A stretch of 64,000 nucleotides of DNA from Hamiltosporidium tvaerminnensis FI-OER-3-3 (Eukaryota; Fungi; Microsporidia). The stretch covers positions 612,573-676,572 of the forward strand of contig CM061256.1 in assembly GCA_022605425.2 (NCBI GenBank), given 5' to 3'. This document shows, in pieces, positions 1 through 13,827 of this stretch. The position numbers and the translations under genes are program-made. The notes below the pieces were generated by a model. It was not told the DNA's origin. It did no database searches and was given only the letters and a program-made list of their open reading frames with translations. Each line of letters begins with the position of its first letter. The first letter of the stretch is position 1.

Positions 1-424
1 AGAAGTAATCGAAGAATTGTTACAAACACTAGAAAAAAATATAAAAGAATTTCATAAAAAAGCCTATGAAATTTATTTGTACGATGAAAAGATAATAAAA
101 GCCCGTAACAATTATTGTAAGATACTTGATACTTTAGAAAGAGAAGAGAGTAGAATATTAGAATTAGAAGAAAATTTAGATTTTTTTGAAAAATGGATTT
201 CTGATTTAGAAAGTAATTTAAATCTTAAAGAAAATACAAAAGATGAGTTGATAAGTAATATTGATGAAATAGAAAAATTGTATGAAGATTTTAATAAAAT
301 TGTAAGTGAATTGAAAGATGAGGATGATGAGGTTATGTGTTTGATAAATGAAAATCATAATTTAGTTAAAATGTTGGATAGAAAAGTTGAAGAGTTTAGT
401 GAATTTGAAATGAGTTTTGAGTAA
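1..424 (+). CDS. C-terminal part of an Nsp1/Nup62-like nucleoporin (coiled-coil), 5' end outside window
   Basis: Frame is open from base 2 (EVIEELLQTLEKNIKEFHKKAYEIYLYDEKII...). It resembles the Nsp1_C pattern 'EEIINKW...LE..VKEF...A..V..WD..L' followed by acidic coiled coil. Confidence 0.55.
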   Translation, partial: EVIEELLQTLEKNIKEFHKKAYEIYLYDEKIIKARNNYCKILDTLEREESRILELEENLDFFEKWISDLESNLNLKENTKDELISNIDEIEKLYEDFNKIVSELKDEDDEVMCLINENHNLVKMLDRKVEEFSEFEMSFE

Positions 425-801
425 TTTTATGGATTTTTTTTAGTAAATTTGTCATTCTTTTAGTTGGATTTGAAGTAAAATTTATTTATTGAACTTTATA
501 ATTTCTTTATAAGAAGAATCTATTATATAATTTTTAATAATTTATTTTAAATTTTATATTTTATTATGGGAATATAAGCTATAATCATTATTTCTAATAA
601 TTTATTTATCGAACTTTATATTTTATTATAAGAATATAAAATAAATAAAAAATAATTTTTTAAACTAATCAATATATTTTTTATAAGAATATAAACTAGA
701 ATTATTATTTCAAATTTTTATTAAACTAATATTAATATTCTCCTATGCCGTAAAATCCTAAAATAAGACATTAAAAATATTTTTTATAAACCAATTATCA
801 G

Positions 802-2055
802 TTATTTTACTTCAATTTCGTTTTCTTTAATATTTTCTTTTTCATAAGAAAATTCGATGGAAAAAATATTTATTTTTTGAAATATTTTAAGAATTTTATT
901 TCTTATTTGATTTAAAAAATGGGTATTTAAAGGATTTATTTCTATTTTATATTCTGAATTTTTTATTTTAAGTTTCAATTTTAAAGAAATATTTTTTAAT
1001 TTTTTGTATGTTTGATGTAAATTTTTTAAAATATTTTTTAAGTAAAAAAAAAATTTTTTGGTTGTTTCTGGTATTTCATAAAAAATTAATTTTTGTATTT
1101 CTTTAGATATATTTTCTAGAAAGATTATTTTGGTGGCAATTTGTTGAGAAATTATATTTTTAATTGTAATTAGTGTTTTAAAAACTAAATCTTCATAATA
1201 AATTCTATTTATATCAATTTTTTGAGAAATTCTGTAATTTAAAGTTTTCAAAAAATATTTAAAATTAAATATTTTTGGTGAAATCTGTTGTTTAAAAATT
1301 CTTAAAGTTTTATTGGAGACAAGAATGTAACTTTTATAAAGAAAAGTGGCTAATTTGATTCTTATATGATATTTCATACGTTCTAAACGTATTTGTATTT
1401 TTTCTGAAGTATTTAATTTGGTATTTGGATCTATTAATTTATAAAATATTTCTATTAAATCTAAAAAAATACCAAAAAATACTTTTTCTGTATTATTTTC
1501 TATTTCTTCATATTTATTATTTAAAATTTGAAATCTTTTATATGATTCGATACTAAAAAAAAATATTTTTTTAATTCCAAAATATAAAAATACGTGTGGT
1601 TTTCTAAAATATTCAGAAAAAAATACAATTTTTAAAAAATCTATGTAAGTTCTTATTTCAAGTAATTTAGGAAATAAATAAATATTTTTGATAAAAAATT
1701 TTTCATTAATTTTCTCTTTTAAAAGATTTATATTTTGTAAAATAAAATTCTGTAAAAAAATCAAATAAAATTTTGAAAAAGTATAAATTTTAAAAATATT
1801 CTTATTTTCAGGTTTCAAAATATTTTCTTGAACTTGCTTAAAATATAAAAAAATCTCTTTTTTTACTATTTTTCTTTCTTCTGTTGATCTATATAGAATA
1901 GAAAATACTTCAGTTCCTTTATTGATCAGATTAAAAAAAATTGATTGATTTTCTTTGGTATTAGATAAAATATAATCACTATGTTTTATACTTTCATTAC
2001 ATCCACTTATAATAGTTGCTAGGAAAAGCAAAGTTCTGTTTATTATCCAATACAT
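802..2055 (-). CDS. Hypothetical protein with N-terminal signal peptide (417 aa)
   Basis: Long ORF with a hydrophobic N-terminus (TLLFLATIISGC). The ATG is immediately preceded by CCC (gatatcccATG), the microsporidian initiation motif. Confidence 0.7.
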   Translation of the reverse strand: MYWIINRTLLFLATIISGCNESIKHSDYILSNTKENQSIFFNLINKGTEVFSILYRSTEERKIVKKEIFLYFKQVQENILKPENKNIFKIYTFSKFYLIFLQNFILQNINLLKEKINEKFFIKNIYLFPKLLEIRTYIDFLKIVFFSEYFRKPHVFLYFGIKKIFFFSIESYKRFQILNNKYEEIENNTEKVFFGIFLDLIEIFYKLIDPNTKLNTSEKIQIRLERMKYHIRIKLATFLYKSYILVSNKTLRIFKQQISPKIFNFKYFLKTLNYRISQKIDINRIYYEDLVFKTLITIKNIISQQIATKIIFLENISKEIQKLIFYEIPETTKKFFFYLKNILKNLHQTYKKLKNISLKLKLKIKNSEYKIEINPLNTHFLNQIRNKILKIFQKINIFSIEFSYEKENIKENEIEVK

Positions 2056-2789
2056 GGGATATCAAGTCTCAATCATTTAAATATATCTTTTTACAAAATT
2101 TGTTTCAAGTTTGTTACAATTCTGTAAAATTTATAAACTAATTTATGAATTAAAGTTCTTCTTAAAGTTTAATTCATGATTTTGGAAACAGATTTGTTTA
2201 AAATAGAAAATAGAGTTAGAAAAGATTTTTAAAAAATGAAAGTAATTTCTTTGATATAAATTCTGATATAGAATCAAATATGAATTCCTTTGATATAAAT
2301 GCTATTATAAGTTCCTTTGATTATAGTTCTGATATAAATTTCTTTGATATAAATGATAATATACATTCTAATATATTTTATTATAAATTCTGATAAAAAT
2401 TCTAATATAAATCAAAACATGTTTTTTTTTTTTTTAAATTTTGTACAATGCTCTTTTACAAACAAATTATACTTTTTTTTAAATTTAATTTTCTATTTAT
2501 AATTAACTTTTTTTTTAGATTATTAAGTATTTTTACGTAGATAGAATTTAATTTTTAAAATCAAATATCTTAATTCATAAAAAACGATAGAAACCTTCCT
2601 ATTAGACAAGCGTATCTAGAAAATACGGTTTTTGAAAGGAAAGCCATGACACACTTTTGATTAATAAAGTTTTTTATGAAAGTTAAAGGCTAATATATAC
2701 AAAATAGATATTCAATGCTATAATAACGAAAAAACCTTATATTCTTGTCTCAAAAGTCTCTTAGATTATTTTAATAGTTTATTTGCTAT

Positions 2790-5700
2790 AAAATCGTATA
2801 TGGAAAAGTGGTGGTCTGAACTCGAAAGCTTCCAAGTGAATTGGTTGAAAGTAAAATTTTGGACCTTATTAATCGAATTATCGGTGAGTATGCTGATTCT
2901 TGTGTGACGATGACAATAACGGCAGTGGCACAGATAATCCAGGAAGCCCAGGTATGCTATGACGAGGCAACACGCAAAGAAAAGCCTAGATCCGCTGGAA
3001 GGAAAACATAGAAAGTAAAATTTCTAAGTTAGTACTTTCCAAAGATCTTCTCGAGAAGGCTCGTAAGCAGGAAAAGCTCTCCACTTCGGAAACGAAGAGC
3101 CTTAAGAAAATCATGCGAGAGTTTAATTTAACCTTGAGCAGCGTAACTGATCTTTCTGAGGCTTTAGTTAAGAAGAATGAGTCTTTGAATGTTTACCAGA
3201 AAAAAATTACGATGCATGAAAGTAGGAAGCAATTCCGAAAAGAGAATCGTATGTTTGAGCTTTTCCGAGGTCGATTTTATCGTGGGTTATCTGAGCGTGT
3301 GGAATCTGAGCATGTGGTAAGCCGTGATGAAATTGTGAGTTTTTGGTCTAAAATGTGGAACAAAAATAATGACACAGTCACGTATGATGATTATTTGATT
3401 CCATTTGTATCAGATAATCATCCGACCACGTTTCCTTCACTTGATAAATTTGTAAATACCATTAATTGGCTCCCTAATTGGAAAGCTGCTGGAATTGATG
3501 GTATTTACAATTTTTTCATTAAGAAACTTACAACTCTTCACAAATATCTTTATGATATTGTGAAAGTTATATGTTTAGAAGGAACACCTCAAGCTGATTG
3601 GTTTTACTGCGGGCTTACGTATTTAGTACCGAAAGGAATTCCACGAAGAGGCTCTGACTACAGGCCAATCACTTGTATTTCCAACCTCTACAAGTTAACG
3701 ACAAAGTGTGTAACGAAAGTCGTTCAACTTGAAGTGGAAAGGCGAGGGTTGCTAGCAGAGAACCAGTTGGGACCAGTTAGAGGTGTGCAGGGAGCGAAAG
3801 AGCAGGCTCTACTGAATATTGCCTTAAATAAAGAGTATGGAAATAATCTTAAGGCAACATGGATTGATGTTAAAAAAGCTTATGATTCAATAGATTATGC
3901 TTATTTAACTCAATGCATTGAAAACCTTAGTTTACCTGATTGGATCCTGAAATTTATTAAGGTAATTATATCAAAATAGAAAATTTCTATATCAGCAGGG
4001 CCTGAAAAAATCATGAGCAAGAATATTGATAAAAGGATTCTGCAAGGAGATAGTTTGTTACCTTTGTTATTTGTTTTGTGTATGGATCCATTAAGCCGAA
4101 AGCTTAATGAAAAATACACAAAAGTGACGGTACAAACAGATGCAAAATCCCATTCTACTAATCATCTCTTGTTTATTCATGATCTGAGCTTTTTGCATAA
4201 GACAGTTCTACATTGAATGCTTTGACAGACAGAGCAAAGGAATTTTTAGAGGTGATTTGCCTAGAGATTAACAAAGAGAAGTCAGCCACAAATAATAAGT
4301 GTTGTGAAGATACTGCTACTCTTCTAGAAGGTGTTAGTGTTTACAAATATTTAGGAATAATAGAAGATAGCAGAGGAATCCCAACACGTAGCTCATTTGA
4401 AGAAGTACAGAGCAAACTTATATCAAGAGTTGAAAGACTTTGTCACACTAGATTAAATGCAAAAAATTTATTTTCTGCAATCAATCAACATGCGATATCG
4501 TTAATCAACTACCACATAGGAGTACTTCGACTTGAACCGGCGTACTTCTCTAAGTTAGATGATGCAGTGCGTGCGGTGTCGGTGAAGATTACGATACATC
4601 TTCGCTCAGGATGTAAAGAGCGATTGTATCTACCTAGAGAAGAACTTGGAAGAGACCTAAATAGTGTTGATTTGCGAAGCGAACATATGCTTCTGCAACT
4701 CTTAGAATGTCTAAAAAAAAGTAAAGAAATATCAACTAGACGAGCAGAAATCCTTAAGGTGGAAAATAATAATAAAACCCATCTTGCACTAATAAAAGGT
4801 CTCTTAAAAGTAAAGTACTGGTTAGTAGAAGAAGTCACTAAGAAAAGTCTAGAAGAAGCTCAACTTGCAAAACTATATAACGAAATAGAAAAACGAAAAC
4901 TCCATTCAAAGTTATATAATGCAAGAAAAAATGAGCTTGTGAGTGTTAGTGACTCTTCAAGATGGCTAAAGAGAGGAAATATTAGGCCACGAAATGAAGC
5001 TGTGTTCTGCTATATCCAGGATAGAAATGTATTCTGGGGAGCAGATGGTGTGTGTCAACATTGCGGGAAGTCTGGTAAGACTGTAGATCATCTAGCAACT
5101 AGATGTGAAAAAATGCTAGGCCATGATTACACTAGACGGCATAATGAAGTGGTTAGATGCCTACACCTTCTTCTTCTAAATAGATATAAGTTTAAGTCTT
5201 CAAAACGAATAAGGAGTCACTCAGTTCAAGAAATTCTTGATAATGAGTATGCACAGATAAGAGTGGACACCAGAATTAAAACTGATGTTAAAATTCGGAA
5301 TAACAGACCGGACATATTTATTTTAGATAAGAAGAAGAATAAGATAACACTCATTGAAGTAGGAATCACTTCCCAAGATTCACTTCAAATAGTTGAAACT
5401 GAAAAACTTAGGAAGTATGACCTGCTAGCCAATGAGTTAGGTCTTATTTATAAGTGTAGTGTTGAGATAATCCCCTATGTGATGACCTGGGACGGTATTG
5501 TGACAAAATACTATAAATATCATCTTAAAAGACTAGAAATACCCATGAATGTAGAGGCATACATTCAGTCTATAGTACTTAAGAAAACAGTCGAAACAAT
5601 TTCCTTTGATCGACGAAGAGAACTTGAGTCAGGACTAAATGCCGAAGAGAGCTGGGAGAGAGCGTCAATGGGTGTTATTATGAGATCAGAGATACATGAG

Positions 5701-5935
5701 GAACCAATACCCCCTTTAAAAGAAGCGAAAAGAGAGGAAGATGGTGTTAAAACTTTAAAACCAAAAAATAAAGCCCCCCTTATTTCACAAGGAGGAACCA
5801 CTTTGGAGGAACCGACCAATAACATAAATATAGAGTCGGATTTGGAAGAAGAGACAGTAGTGGTTAAAGAGGTAGAAGAAAACATATAAAAATAGTAAAA
5901 ATGGTTTAACCCAGAATTATATTAAATAAATATGA
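2790..5935 (+). mobile_element. 5'-truncated, decayed non-LTR retrotransposon with RT and restriction-like endonuclease (R4/Dong-like RLE clade)
   Basis: RT motifs: WKAAGIDG, DYRPITC, WIDVKKAYDS, ILQGDSLLPLLF, YKYLG. Also CxxC..H...C knuckle (CQHCGKSGKTVDHLATRC), RHNEV, RPDI, IEVG, EKLRKY. Lesions: frameshift near 2995, in-frame TAG at 3977-3979, FIDD mutated to FIHD plus a frameshift near 4190. Confidence 0.92.
4213..5889 (+). pseudogene. C-terminal RT thumb, zinc knuckle and RLE endonuclease of the R4-like element
   Basis: ORF track 558 aa containing YKYLG, the CCHC knuckle and RHN/PD-(D/E)xK motifs. Separated from the RT core by a frameshift. Confidence 0.85.
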
Positions 5936-8267
5936 GCTTTAAATAATAGAAACTAACTAAAAATATAAAATTCTATAGAAATAAGCAAATTTACAAGAAA
6001 TTTACTGTTGAATTTTTTATTTTTGAGTAAACACAAGTCATTGATAAAAAAATAGAAAAGGATTTTGTAATATGAGAAGATTTGAATTGTGATGGATTTT
6101 GTTTGAATAATATATTTTATAAGTAAATATCAATTTTTGGTATTGTATGATCATAATGAAATCTCTTTTTTTGCCCAACTGTTTTTAAAGATTGATTTTA
6201 CTTATAATTTACCTGAAATATCTGAACAAAAAAGAAAAACTCTTTTGGAAAGATTAAAATACATCAGTAAAAGTTTAGATTTCTTGATCTATGAAGGTAA
6301 CAAAACATTGTAAAAATTTAGAATATAAGTTATCAATTAAATTAACCAATCATTTTCGATATTAAAAATAATATATACGTATGAGAAATAAGTTTAAAAA
6401 AACATACAATCTTGTTAGAATAAATCAGATCAAAACTGATAAATTAATTTTTCGAAAAACGCTTATGGAAATCGTAAAATATATATAAATGAATTATTAG
6501 ATTAAAAAAAATATTATAATTTAGTTTGAATCATATATAGAGAAATATTAAGATATATATCAAAATATTTTTTTTTCTTTATCATATTACATATCTTGGA
6601 ATATGAAAGCTCTTAGGTTTTTAAAAATTGAAATCTATTATTAATTTATATCTAATTCTATATCTATTTTGCACAACAAAATCCCAGGTTTCTAATTATT
6701 TCTAAAAAGTCTAATTATAATAACTGATGCATCAAAAAAAAGATTCATAAAGAAATTGGGGAAGAAAGAGATAAATAACAGAGTTTAATAAATTACTAAT
6801 TCTGATATTATATTATAGGAAATGACATTGAACTTTTATTAACCAAAATACAAGACAATATAGTGTTTGCTAAATAAATTATAAAAGAATCATCAGAATA
6901 AAATTTTGAGAAATACATTTAGAATAAAAAATAAGGAATTTAAACTTCTTCGTATAGTAAAGTTAAAAAATAATTAATTTGATTTGATTTAAATAATTTC
7001 TTGCAGATAGTGAATACATTTCTGTCTTTTAATTATTTCAGTAGTTTTTTTTTTTAACAACTATAAAAACAGTGAAATAAAAACTAAGTCTTTTGAAAAG
7101 TTAAAAGCAAAAATAATAAGAAATTGTAACAATTATTAAAAAAATAGTTTCGTTATAGAATTTTATCAGAACATATTGTCTTGTTTAGTAGTCTGCCTTC
7201 GAAACATATTATTTTGTTTTTTCACAAATAATTATAGAAATATTTAGTTGATGAAATTGTTGGAATTAATTGTGGTATATAAGATAAAATTAAGATTTAA
7301 ATTGTATTTTAACTTTTTTAAGAAATAAACTTTATATAAATTTTAAATTTATACTTATTTTTAAGATACCACTGGTTGAAATAGTGGAAAGCATTATTTA
7401 AAAGAGAAAAATTTGTTAACTCAGAATTTTATTAAATTAATTTTTAAGCTAGCATTTACTGTTTATTACGAATAAATTTGGCGGTTAAAAATTACTTCGA
7501 CTATTAAGCAATAAAAAGATTTTTTTACCAGAATCTACTTTCTGTTTTTTATCTATATATATATAAAACTTAAACTTTTCAAAATTTATTCCGATTGCGA
7601 GCACAATGACAGAAATAAAATTTATACCAATAATAGAAAACTGTTGATTTTGAAATATTATTAAATACATTGTTTTAGGCTTTGTATTTATAAACTTCTT
7701 AAAAAAAGAACCACATTTGAGTTAAATATTAAGAATTAGAGAAACCAAGAAAATAAATTGAAAATATAAAGTGGTTTTGATATAAGAAAAAACACTTAAA
7801 AAAACATTAAAAAAAATAAAACTTAAAATTTATACAAATATAAGGATCTGTGGTTTATCCAAATGCTTTTAAAAATATCAATTCATTAGATATTGAATCC
7901 GTTGGGATATCATATTTTATTCTAAGAAATAATATATTTAACTTGATAATATTTTAAAAAATTATCAAAGTTAGATTAATTTATAATTTTATTTCAATAT
8001 AAGACCAAACTGAAATATAACATACAATCATAAAATATTTGTGAGGTATTGAAATTTTGAAAACATGGACGTAGCCAAGAAAATATTCTTATATATACGA
8101 TAAGTTATATTAAAATAGATAGGTGAAGATAAATTTTGATGTTACTTTAAGGTTTTTATAAACAAGCTTGAATAGATTCTTTTATTATATTTAGTTTCAA
8201 ATGTTTAATATTTAGATATAAAAAGTTGAAAAATCGTTGTAATAAAAATTTATATGAATTAGATTTA

Positions 8268-8554
8268 CCTTTAAAACTATACTTTATTCAAAAGTATCAC
8301 ATCTTTTTAAAACAGTGGCAAGTGTTATATTTGTTTTCATGACATTAACGAAGTTCTAGGTTTAACATAAATGACTACTACCCCACCACTCTATCGGTAA
8401 TCCCTGCGATACCTACGTCCCAAAGCCTTTCATTTACCAGGTGTGTAGAACCTAATTAATAGGCGAGGCAGTTGCCCGGCGTTAGTTAATGTTCGTTGCA
8501 TAGAGTGTATTCGAAGGCCGAAGCCCCCTAGGCTCCCCCAAGATTATGCAGCAT
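8268..8554 (-). mobile_element. 5'-truncated copy of a ~700-nt non-coding SINE-like element
   Basis: Reverse complement of ~20886-21154. Flanked by a perfect 15-bp direct repeat TATGAATTAGATTTA (8253-8267 and 8555-8569). AATAAA near its 3' end on the minus strand. Confidence 0.85.
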
Positions 8555-10154
8555 TATGAATTAGATTTATATATTAATTGTATTTAAGAATATTGTATTT
8601 GAAATATATACATTCTACTGTATATCTACCAAATATAAGCCAATATTGAATATGGTAATATAAAAAACAGCGATATTAATTTTAATTAAATTTTTAACAG
8701 ATCTATAAAAGAATATTAAGTACTATTGATAGAAGTAGTAATAATTGAGAATAAAATTACTTGGAAATAATGAAGCAAATAATTATTATTTATTACATAA
8801 AAATTACACTTTTTGTAACATAAATATTGAAATATATTATACAAGTAATATATCTAGTGATATAAGTATTAATAAAAGATTAAACTTAAATATAGATTAT
8901 CTTTTATGTTATTTGACTGATCTTTAAAGAGATATCCGGGAGATAGACACAAAGTCTAGTAAAATAATATTTTATTTAGACACGAGATACATATTATTTG
9001 CAGAGAATATATGTGTTGTGGGGAAAAGATAGAGTCGATGAAATATTTTTGAACAATAGTAACAGCTGAATCAAGAAAAACCAGACTTGGCGAGGAATAA
9101 TTTAAAGATATAAGGGGGAATATTTTTCTAGATATATTCTCTCATTGCTACCTTTAGATTTTTCTAGAACATATATTATAGAAATTTAAAAGAATTGAAT
9201 TTCTATTATGTATAGACTCTTAATAAGAGTACAAAAATTTTCGCAAGGTTTAAGGATAAACACAGGCTGGTACAAAAATTATTTGCTCTTAAATGTATCG
9301 AAGTAAAAGCTAATAAGCTTAATTACAAAAATGTAAATATATGGAATCATAAGATGTACTATTGTTATAGATGATCTTGAAACAAATATTATAATTAAAA
9401 AAAAAACGTCCACATATTTAACGAAAGGAAATGAAAGTGGTAAAAAATATATGAATTTTGTTTTAAAATACAAATAAAAGATACTTGGTTCAAAAAAAAA
9501 GATAAATGACTGATCTTTAAAGATAAATCTGATCATATAGTAACCATTGAACACTTAAATGACTAAGTATTTAGAAATAATGCCTATAAGACGAGCAGTC
9601 AGTAAAATTTTCATTCTTCTATCCCAAGGTATGAAAAGATGATTTTGATCATTAAATTGAATACGAATAAACAGAGACAATATAATCATAAATAAAATAT
9701 ATGGAAGTGAAAAAAGCCCGACTAAATATCTAAAGAAAGAGAAAAATTCTTTAGGAAGCCAGTGCTTTAGAGCAGCAGCAGCTCCATCGAGTACAGATTA
9801 TTTTTTTTGAGAAAAATTTATTTGTTGAAAAACAGCAAAAGTAAGTAAGAATCGCAAAAATATAATTAATTTATAGATAACTGACTTTACACTTTACGAA
9901 TACAAATGCATATTTTTTATAAAAGCTTTTGAATTCCTGATAAGATGCTTAGAATAATACGTCTCAAAATGAATATATCCATAAAAAATAACTGTGAAAA
10001 TATTTTAATAATTTTTTAAAACAAACGCATTCTTTATTTGAAATTCAAGGCTTTAAATTATTTTTTAAATTCATTTCCTATGCAGACAAAATCGAAAGAA
10101 GATTGTTTTTCAAATCTTCCGTTTTTTGAGAAAAAAAAACTTTTAATATAATAT

Positions 10155-11447
10155 CTACACACTCATTAATGCGTTAGATATATATTGTTCTATTCTTTTC
10201 CTAAAATCTCGAAATATAACTTGTCCCTCGAATCGATCCTTTTCATTTATTTGTGTAATTTCATAATTTGAATTTCCAAGAACAAATAATAAACGATTGT
10301 TTATATCGTTTATTGAATCAAAAAAATTCATAAAAATTTTTTTTGAATCTGGTTGTACATTTTCATAAATGATTTTTACAGTGAAACCTCGTTGTAAAGA
10401 AGTATACACGTAAAAAAATAAAAGAGTTGAGTTATTTGATAAATTTATCAGTGAAATTTTTGTTAACCATTTCAATTCGTACTTAAATATTATATTTTTA
10501 AAAATTTCATTTCTAGAATTAATTTTTCGAATGCTAATCTCTTTTTTATCCTGATTTGCTTTTAATACATCCTCGTGTATTTTTAATTGATCTAAACCAA
10601 TTATATAAACGTCTCGTTTGACAAAGGCGTCTTCGTTGCTAACAAGAGGACATCTATGGGCACTGAAACTATTTAGTTGGATTGTTTCAAAAGAATAGAA
10701 GGTGTCTAAAAATACTGGTGTTTCGGAAAAAGTTTTAAAGTGATTTTCAACAGATTTTTGTAAACTATCGTTTATAAAAATAAATACTTTTTTGTCGGCA
10801 AAAATTGTTCTTTTTGCCATAAAATTTATGATTTCACGTAATGCAAATATTTCCATCCTTCTTAACATTCCTGCAAATACTATAAAATAGGTGCATTTCC
10901 TCATGTCCATACAGGAAAAATCATCAGATGCATCATGAAAAGTGTCTTTGGATATAAATTTAGATAATGATTCTACTTTTTGCATTTTATGTTCATTTTC
11001 GGATTCGAAGAAGTCAATATTCTCTAGAACATCCAGATTTTGACTTACGGGAATTTGCTTAATAGAATTTCTTTGCCACTCCAAAATCATTTTCGCAATC
11101 TCGTCAGAAATTGAATGTCTTTTTTCAGCAGTCAACCCACTAGATTTTAACCCAACTCTTACAACATTTAATTTATGTTCATTTTCCTCTACAAAAGAAC
11201 TTATCAAGTCATTTACTATATATGAGCCAATTGTATCTGCACATTGTAAAACACAAATTTTTTTTAAAGACTCACATTTCAATTTCCCAATTCTCTGCAT
11301 CAGATCTCCACACAAATTTTTCACCGAATCGTATACGTCATCAAGAGTTTTTGGTTCGATTTCTTCATAAATTCTATCCAAGGACTGTGTACATAAAATT
11401 ATATTCACCGTTACTAAAAGAATATTCATTATTGAGTTCCTTCTCAT
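10155..11447 (-). CDS. Hypothetical secreted protein (430 aa)
   Basis: Intact long ORF with signal-peptide-like N-terminus (IMNILLVTVNIILCT). No recognisable domain. Confidence 0.75.
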   Translation of the reverse strand: MRRNSIMNILLVTVNIILCTQSLDRIYEEIEPKTLDDVYDSVKNLCGDLMQRIGKLKCESLKKICVLQCADTIGSYIVNDLISSFVEENEHKLNVVRVGLKSSGLTAEKRHSISDEIAKMILEWQRNSIKQIPVSQNLDVLENIDFFESENEHKMQKVESLSKFISKDTFHDASDDFSCMDMRKCTYFIVFAGMLRRMEIFALREIINFMAKRTIFADKKVFIFINDSLQKSVENHFKTFSETPVFLDTFYSFETIQLNSFSAHRCPLVSNEDAFVKRDVYIIGLDQLKIHEDVLKANQDKKEISIRKINSRNEIFKNIIFKYELKWLTKISLINLSNNSTLLFFYVYTSLQRGFTVKIIYENVQPDSKKIFMNFFDSINDINNRLLFVLGNSNYEITQINEKDRFEGQVIFRDFRKRIEQYISNALMSV

Positions 11448-12649
11448 TTTTTTATATTTAAATTAATTAAATTAAATATTTTCGAAATTTTTTTTCAAAT
11501 TAAATTTTGTCTTTTAAACTGCTTCTTTTAAATAATTTCTATAAATAGCTATTTAAAAGTCTAGAATTGAAAAAAAAATCAATAAATAATATCGATAATC
11601 GATTATTTTGTGTTTAAACAGTATTTTTAGAATATTAAAGAGAAGAAAACAAATCTACAATTAAAAATATTAATTTATTCCCAATATTTTTATCAACATT
11701 TTTGTTTTTTTTAGAAATATATAATCATAAATTTAGGTTTTTATCAAAATTATTCTATGCTTTTTTTAGATAAAAAATTTATAAAAAAAAAGCATAGAAA
11801 TTCTTAAATATTTTAAAAGCATATAGACTCGAGAATTATTCTTATTTTCATGTAAAAAAAATATTTTATACAAATATAATCTTAATTAAGAAAAAATGCA
11901 AAGAATAGAAAAAAAAATCTAAGAATTTAAATTATATTTAGGGATATTGGCAGTAAAAATGTTTTTTTACTAACCTTCTTTATTCAATTAAATCAAACGC
12001 ACTATTTTTATCCAAAAAAATACTAAAACCAAGGTCGAATTCTTTCAAAGGTTCACAATCAAATGTAATACAAGAATCGAAGAGGCACTATCAATACCCA
12101 TCATACATATTCATTATTAATATATATATTAAAAACAAAAACTAGAAATATTTAGATCCTAAACCCCTATCAATATGTTGAAAATCAAAGATTAGCAAAA
12201 ATATACAAAAAAATATTTAAATATGAAAAAAAAAGACAAAATTGAACAAACAAAGAGATTATATTGAACCAAATTAAAATTTAAGCAAATTAACCCTGTA
12301 TTAATCCGCTTAATTCTATAGAATTTATACATCAGAACTTATAAAAACTTTAAATTATATAAAATTAGAATTAAAACTAATTTAGTTGAGAAATTATTTT
12401 AGATACTTTCATACCTAAATCAATGCTGAAAAACCATATCTTCTATTACAAAACAAAAGAAATCATTATAAGGTTAATAGAGTATTTTGGAAATTTTCCC
12501 AAATTTTTTATAAACTATCAAAACTTAAAATACTAAATTCATAGAAATAAATATATTGCTTATCACCAAGAAATATAAAAATCTTAATTTATAATTTTTT
12601 TAGATGATTGTTAATTCTGATTTTAAAACAAAATTTAAGTAACTTTATT

Positions 12650-13090
12650 TATAAAATTCTTAAAAATGAGTATGCAGAGATAAGAGTGGACACAAGAATA
12701 AAAACCGAAATAGTATTTTTGAATACTCATTCGAATATATATATTTTAGATAAGAGTAAGAATAAGATAACGTTCTTAATGTCGGAATTACTTCAAGAGA
12801 TTCGCTTCGAACAAAATCTATATGAAAGAACAAGTAAGTTCGTGGTGACTAATTTAAGATTTTTTTTTATCAAATGTTAGGTAAATCTGATATGAAATAA
12901 ATTGGTATTGTTACGAAATATTAATAGCTTATTACAGAATATTCGTAATATGAGTAAGAAATAGAAACAAATTCTCCTCCTCAAACAATTCCTTTGATTA
13001 ACAAAGAGTTTTGAAGTTAAGAACTGCTAACCCAAATGAAAGCTGGAACAGACCATTCAGAGATGTAATACTAGAGCCCAGAGACAGACT
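12650..13090 (+). mobile_element. Degenerate 3' relic of the R4-like element
   Basis: ILKNEYAEIRVDTRIKT..YILDKSKNKIT matches ILDNEYAQIRVDTRIKT..FILDKKKNKIT of 4213..5889. DNA similarity to ~5230-5700. Confidence 0.75.
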
Positions 13091-13554
13091 CAATTTACTT
13101 ATATACAGATATAAATTTACGAGGAATAAAATTTTCAACAAATAATTTTAAAAATTAATTATCAAAAAATATTTGCCAAAAAAATGGCCAAAAACAAAAA
13201 TTTATCTCTAAATATAGAACAAGAGTCAAATAGAAAAATTCAAAAAAAAGATAAAAGCGGTTGAGAAAAGCGAAAGCAAAATATGTCAGAAAAAACCCAG
13301 TAATTCCCATAATCTAATAATATTTTTACATCAAATATTTATAAAATTATTTCCTCATTTCTTATAATTTTTTATAATTCAAGTTTTTTTGTCATCGAAA
13401 TCTTAACTCTCAACAATTTTTCTAAAAATCACATTTTTTGTTCTAAAATTACTGTTCAATCAATAAGAGTATTATTTAATCCAACAATGACTCTATTATC
13501 CATCACATCCTTTCAATACATTTCTATCTCTATGTGACTAATATTTAACGGATC

Positions 13555-13745
13555 TCTAGCCCTATCACACTAATCTTAATCACTTACCACTCTATTAACC
13601 ATCACACTAATATTAATAACTTACCACTCTATTAACCATCAAACTAATATTAATAACTTACCACTCTATTTACTATTACAATAATATTTAACGAATCTCT
13701 AACCAATGATATATCACACTAATCTTAAAACCCTTAACACTCTAT
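13555..13745. repeat. Degenerate ~37-bp C-rich minisatellite upstream of the Hsp110-like gene
   Basis: Repeated cacactaatattaataacttaccactctattaaccat-like units. Confidence 0.65.
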
Positions 13746-13775
13746 ATATTTTTATAGAAATTTTTTAAATTCTCT

Positions 13776-13794
13776 AGAAATTTCTAGAAATTCC
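13776..13794 (+). promoter_or_regulatory. Heat shock element (HSF binding site)
   Basis: aGAAatTTCtaGAAatTCC = inverted nGAAn units 35-50 bp upstream of the ATG of an Hsp70-family gene. A CCC motif (aaaaccctcctaacATG) also precedes the ATG. Confidence 0.7.
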
Positions 13795-13827
13795 ATTCTA
13801 TTTATAAGAAAAAAAAACCCTCCTAAC

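Noticed and set aside
11753-11799. 15-bp inverted repeat TTCTATGCTTTTTTT/AAAAAAAGCATAGAA
   Set aside because: Half is homopolymer, with no TSD or second copy. Not supportable as a MITE or regulatory site.
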